A stretch of DNA of 64,000 nucleotides from Paraspadella gotoi (lineage: Eukaryota; Animalia; Chaetognatha), in contig CM119267.1 of the NCBI GenBank assembly GCA_051294375.1, positions 11,417,332 to 11,481,331 on the forward strand, written 5' to 3'. Numbering within the stretch: the stretch's first letter is position 1; every line of letters starts with the position of its first letter. The notes under the pieces were generated by a model, which was given only the letters and a program-made list of their open reading frames with translations, ran no database searches and was not told where the DNA came from. A program made the position numbers and the translations under genes. This document shows positions 59,093 to 64,000 of the stretch, piece after piece.

Positions 59093-59724
59093 TAGTTTAC
59101 AACGGTTTGTCAGTCCGTTTTTTTAGTCTGTCTGTCCCTCTCTATTTTCTTTCTTTGGCGCCTGACCGGAAACGGATTAATTTTTTCCCTCCGTTCTTTT
59201 CTTTGCTTTGACAAGTATTGGCCATCTCGCGGCCGCGTAACGAGTTCGTCCTGCACGTGAGACGGGGGCGTGAGAGGGTAGGGAGGCGGGACGTGAGGGC
59301 GCGAACGCGCGCTGGAGATACTCACGAAGCTTCGTCCGTGAAGGAGAAGATTTTTCGTGTTCACTCTTCTTGTTTCGATTTCGCCAATATTCTCTTCTCC
59401 CTTTTCATCTATCCACTCGAGACAAACATCATCACGTCCAAACGTAACGTACCACTTCCGGTCATTAACGCCTGGGCGGAGAGGCCGCCGCTGCCGGTCG
59501 AAAGCGGCTCCGAATGCGTACGCAGCGGCGCCGCCGGCGGCCGCGTCGCTGTCGTCATTCTTCGCGACGCACGATTCGGTTTCATCGGCGAACGAATCTA
59601 ATGACTCGTAAATTTGCATAATCGCTTTTAATCGCTTCGTGGACGTCGGCGTTCGAGTCGGCGTTAGCGTCCGGGATTTGTCGGTGTTTTCGTCGCCTAG
59701 TCGTCGGCGCTGAGTTGCTTGCAT
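56592..59724 (-). CDS. Putative orphan gene, first two exons (59724-59326 and 56837-56592); unknown product, one in-frame TGA
   Basis: A 133-codon open exon ends at a consensus GTGAGT donor. The next exon has a pyrimidine-rich CAG acceptor, a GTGAGT donor, 246 nt and phase 0-0. Downstream exons are lost among gaps (an acceptor near 55170 runs into Ns). Confidence 0.35.
57702..58608 (-). mobile_element. Tc1/mariner DNA transposon, internally deleted (907 bp)
   Basis: TIRs CAGATCTGGTCAAAAAA at both ends, flanked by TA (57700-57701, 58609-58610). Minus-strand HTH region 'KIAKQFHFSPTTICRVINKFEATG..GSRRP' is joined by a deletion/frameshift to 'WPKKHPDYNMIENVW' (the WPxxSPDLNPIE motif). The central DDE region is missing. 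Confidence 0.92.
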
Positions 59725-62089
59725 ATTTCCGTAGTTTTAGCTTTGGCGGTTAATTTATATAAAGATTTTTATTCTGTAACGGTGGAATTGGCGTTGAGCA
59801 GGCGCCATATTTTGCGTGCCTCCTCCATGCGTCGGCAATGTTTCCGCCCACGCGTCGACGTTGCGTCGGCAGTGAGTATACCATACTCGGCATATCGTGG
59901 GCAATTCATCGCCGGTGTGTCTAAAATGCGTCGTGCATCCGTCGACAGTGCATCGACACTAAGATTTTGGGAATGCGTCGAAAATACTTAGACAATACAT
60001 TACCTCGGCACTTCGTCGACATTGCGCCGGTAATGCCCCGGCTTTGCACCGGCGACGCGTTGAAAATGCCTGGGCCACACGTCGGCAATGCGTCGGCGAT
60101 GTGCGGGCGTAACGAACGATTAGTGAAACAATGAAAAAAAGTCCTGAGTTGATCGTCGACCTTGAAAATTGTGGATCGAGAAAAGTTTTTATGAGGAAAC
60201 TCGTTGAGAACGAAATTGCTAATGAAAACTGTTTGCCGTCTCATTTTCTTTTTATATTGAATTTTGTTCGACGACTCAATTTATTAACGGTTAGACACTA
60301 TAATTATTGTGCAGTTGAAGAGTTAAGCATGTTTATATTCCTCTGTCTCTCTCCTCTCTCTTCTCCTCTCATCTCTCCTCTCTCCTCTCCTCTCTAACTC
60401 TCTCTCTCTCTCTCTCTCTGCTTCTCTTCATTCTCTCTTCTTTTTCGTCCTTCTTGTCTAGATCCTTTTTTTCCTCTTTTTTTTCCACCCGATTATTAAT
60501 CTAGCGAATTCGAATCGAGAGTCCGCAAAAAATTCTGCTTAAGAAACTCTCTCTTCTCCTTTCCAGTCGCATTTCTCTCGGTCTCTCTCTCTCTCTCTCT
60601 CTCTACTTCTTCGCCATCGGGATGTCTCGTATTCCCTGCGTCGTGTGCTCGCGGTCGTCGTTATCTTAATGTTTTCGTTCGTTGTCGCCAGCAACCGGTT
60701 GCACCTGTTCTTTCTTTCTTTCTGCCATTGTCTCTTTTCTATTCTCGCGTGTTCTAATGGGCTCTGGTCGACGGGTGGTTTTATTGCTGCTTTTCGTTCT
60801 TCTCGTTTCTCTCCTCTCTTTTCCTTCTCTCTCTCTCTTCTCTTCTCTCTCTCGGGTCTCTTCTCCCTCTCTCTTCTCTTCTCTTCTCTCTCCTTCCTCT
60901 GCTCTCTTCTCTTCCTCTTTCTTCTCCCCCTTTAATTAAAATGTCTCTTTCATGCTGTTCTCTCTCCGCTATTCTTTTCTACTCCTCCTCTTGTCTCTCT
61001 CTCGCCTCCTCCTCGTTAGTTTCTTCCACCGTTGTTGGCCGCGATTCAAGGCTTCATCGACTTTGCGTCTTCGCTGTCATTTACTTCCTACAACCAAATA
61101 AAAGTCGCACCTGAAAATAAAGTCAACCTCTCCCCCCATCATTAGATGGGATATTTTTCTGAAGGTTAAAAAAAAACGTTTGATTTTGAACTTTTATTTT
61201 ATTTTATTTTATTTACTAAACTGGTTTCAAATTATAGAACGTTTCTGAAATTGTATTAAAATGCTTCAGTAAAAAAAGTTCTTGTACGAGAAACTCATTC
61301 GAAATTGTTTCAAACAATTCTCTGGTAAAAGAAACGTTGAAACAGGACATTAACTGCAGCGACCACCTTCCTTTGCACTATTAGACGCCTCCCCCCCCCG
61401 CTCTGCCCCCTTGTCCTGAACCCACTCTTAACTCTTTAAACCATTTGCTTTCAAGGTAGCATTTTCTCGCGCTGCTTCGAATCCCAACACCTAGAATTCC
61501 TAATTCTTTTTTTTTACCGCCCATATCGCTTTTGCAATAAACTGCCCTCGTCGGCGAGGATTGTATATGAACCGCACAAATTTTACGGTCGTTGAGGGAT
61601 GTGAGAAAAAAAGTTTTGAAAAAAAAACAAACGACGTCTCGTTATATTTTTTTTATACTTTTTTGTTTGTTTATTTTCTGTTTTTCTTCCCTTTTTTCAT
61701 CCTAATCCTCCACCCCAAAATCGCCAAGGGACACTCTCGTCTCCTCTCCTCTCGTCGGCTCTCACTCTCTCTCTCTCTCTCTCTCTCCCTCTCTCTCTTC
61801 TATCTCTCTTTCCTTCTCCACAACGAGGCATGGAGGTTTTTTTCCCCCGTTTACTGCCTCCTGGCCTTTTGACCTGCTCGGCTGCTGCGCATCAAACACC
61901 TTTCCTCACTTATTTCTCCTTATTTCTTCTCTCCATCCTTTTTCCTCACCTTCAACTTTAAAAAAAATTTTTTTCCCCATCTATCATTTTTGTTGGCTTC
62001 AATAATTCCATATCTCATTTTTTTTTTCTTATTATTTCCTTCCAGATATTTTCAGTTTTTCTCAGCCTGTTTCTTCTTTATTTCCTTCT

Positions 62090-62180
62090 TTCCTTCCTTC
62101 CTTCCTTCCTTCCTTCCTTCCTTCCTTCCTTCCTTCCTTCCTTCCTTCCTTCCTTCCTTCCTTCGTTCCTTCCTTCCTTT
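62090..62180. repeat. (TTCC)n microsatellite
   Basis: Direct observation. Confidence 0.95.
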
Positions 62181-62865
62181 CTTCCTCCTTTCCTCTATCA
62201 TTCTTTATTTTTTCCACTTCACTCTTCAAGTTCCAAAGATAATCTCAAACACAAAAAAGCCTTTTCAATTTATTTTATCTTAAGCTTTAATCATTTTTTT
62301 TCCTTCTTTTTATTTTGTTTTCCTCAACTTTAACGTCAGCGACGGCGTCTCAGGGTCGACCTTCTTTCGCTAATTTCTTTTTTCATTTCTTTTTTTTTGT
62401 TCTTTTTTTCTTGGTTTCTGTCTTCAATATATTTTGTTCTTCCTTCCCTAATCTTTTATGCAACATTCAACATGATTAAAAATGGTTTTAACTATCTATT
62501 GTCTCGCTCCTTTTCTTTTTCCTTTCTTTTCTCATTCAATTTTCTTCTTTTTTTCATTTCTTCATTAGTTAATTGTATTTCCTCCTTTTCTTTTCCCTTC
62601 ACTAGCCCCCCCACTCCTTCACATCAAACGCCCACGACCCCAAATTCACAGCCCACACCCCCCTAACAACTGGCATCTCCCCCAACATCTTCACTCTTTC
62701 CTCAACCGCTCATCTTTTTCCTCATCTTTCTCTAATCGAGACCTTCCATCCAACCATGCTCCCCGCTCGCCCCCCCATCTTTGCCAAACTTCATGACGCC
62801 ATTTCGGCTTTCGCCAGTCCACGCGGCACGCTGATGTCCATTTCGCGCCCGTCCGATTTATATCG

Positions 62866-62904
<39 letters not shown>

Positions 62905-64000
62905 CTCTCCTCTCTTCTCCTCTCGTCTCTCTCTTTCTCCTCTCTCTCTCTCATCTCTCTCTCTCTCTTCTTCTCTCCCCGAGGCCGGGTCGCGCATTCC
63001 CAGTGGGCGAAGGCGAGCCCACGTTTTCTTTTGATATACGAATTTTTTCCCTCTTTCTTTCAATTCAATAATCGCCCTTTTGATCCCGACGGAAAGAAAA
63101 GGGGGTGTGAGAGTTGAAAGGTCACGCCGGGGAAAAAAAGGAGGATCGGGTTGTTTTTGTTTAAAAAGGTCAACGGGAATCAAGACAAAAAAATTAAAAA
63201 ATGCAAAAAAAGAAAAAAAAGAGCGAATGCATTCGGGCTGTGTCTCGCGAATCTGTTGTTTTTAATTGCTTGCTTTGCTCGCATTTTCACTGAAGGGAAA
63301 AAAAACTATTATCTTTTATAATCTTTTCATATTAATAAAATGAACTAACTTAGTCAGGTGTTTTATTTGGTCTCCCTAATCTGGTTCAGTGACCTTTATT
63401 GAAGACTCGTTGCCGTTGGGTAACTTTGTCATGCTCTTTTTGAGTTTTGAGGGGATCGAAAATTATTTCTTTGGAAACGTGGGACGCTGAAACAACGCCT
63501 TGGCCTTTTTTAACGCAGTTGACGGTATTTGGCAAGTTATTTCTTCTCTCTCTCTCTCTCATCTCATTCGTCTCTCTCTCTTCTCTCTCTCTCTCTCTCT
63601 TCATCTCTCCTCTCTCGTCTCTCTCTCTCTCTGCTCTCTTCTCTCGTTACTCTTCGAACTTTTAACGCCTATTTCCACTTTCGGGTCATCGACCAACTGC
63701 TTCGTCTCTTACTTACTCAGCTCGCTTTCACTAGACGTGCCTAAAGCCCCTTCTTCCCGAACAAGCGCATTGCCTCTCCCCGAAACGTGGACAACTCACC
63801 GGAATAGGCCGCTCTCCACGACATAGCGCGCGTTCGAGAAGGGAGAGAGAGGGATGAGAGAGGAGAGGTAGAGGAGATGAGAGAGGAGTATGAGGATCGA
63901 TAGAGGGAAGAGGGGGAAGAGTTAGGAGGGAGGAGAATGAGATGAGGAGAAGAGAGGAGAGAGAGAAGTAACAATCATTGCCCCAGGAAACGGTGAGCGA

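Overview
Draft-quality genomic DNA from an invertebrate animal: GT-AG introns, CpG-rich exons, dense (GA)n/(CT)n microsatellites, many N gaps and some noisy long-read-like segments. Four spliced + strand genes were reconstructed by hand. (1) The 3' part of a rhodopsin-family peptide-type GPCR (729-3468, frameshifted). (2) A 376-aa leaderless protein (7660-9700) whose C-terminal ~156 aa align by eye, strand by strand, with IL-18/IL-1-family beta-trefoil cytokines, behind an acidic pro-region ending in Asp sites. This candidate invertebrate IL-1-family cytokine is the main finding. (3) A type I membrane protein with IgV + IgC2 domains, a mucin stalk and a PDZ-type tail, with one cytoplasmic exon triplicated (10711-14918). 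(4) A 9-exon, 400-aa, signal-peptide-bearing bacterial-type (Pgl/YbhE) beta-propeller lactonase (21515-27907). The rest holds an inverted triplication with filled and empty hAT-MITE sites, a Tc1/mariner deletion derivative, Helentron-like elements, a tRNA-derived SINE, a decayed LINE endonuclease and a weakly supported minus-strand orphan gene. All homology calls are by-eye motif recognition; no searches were run.
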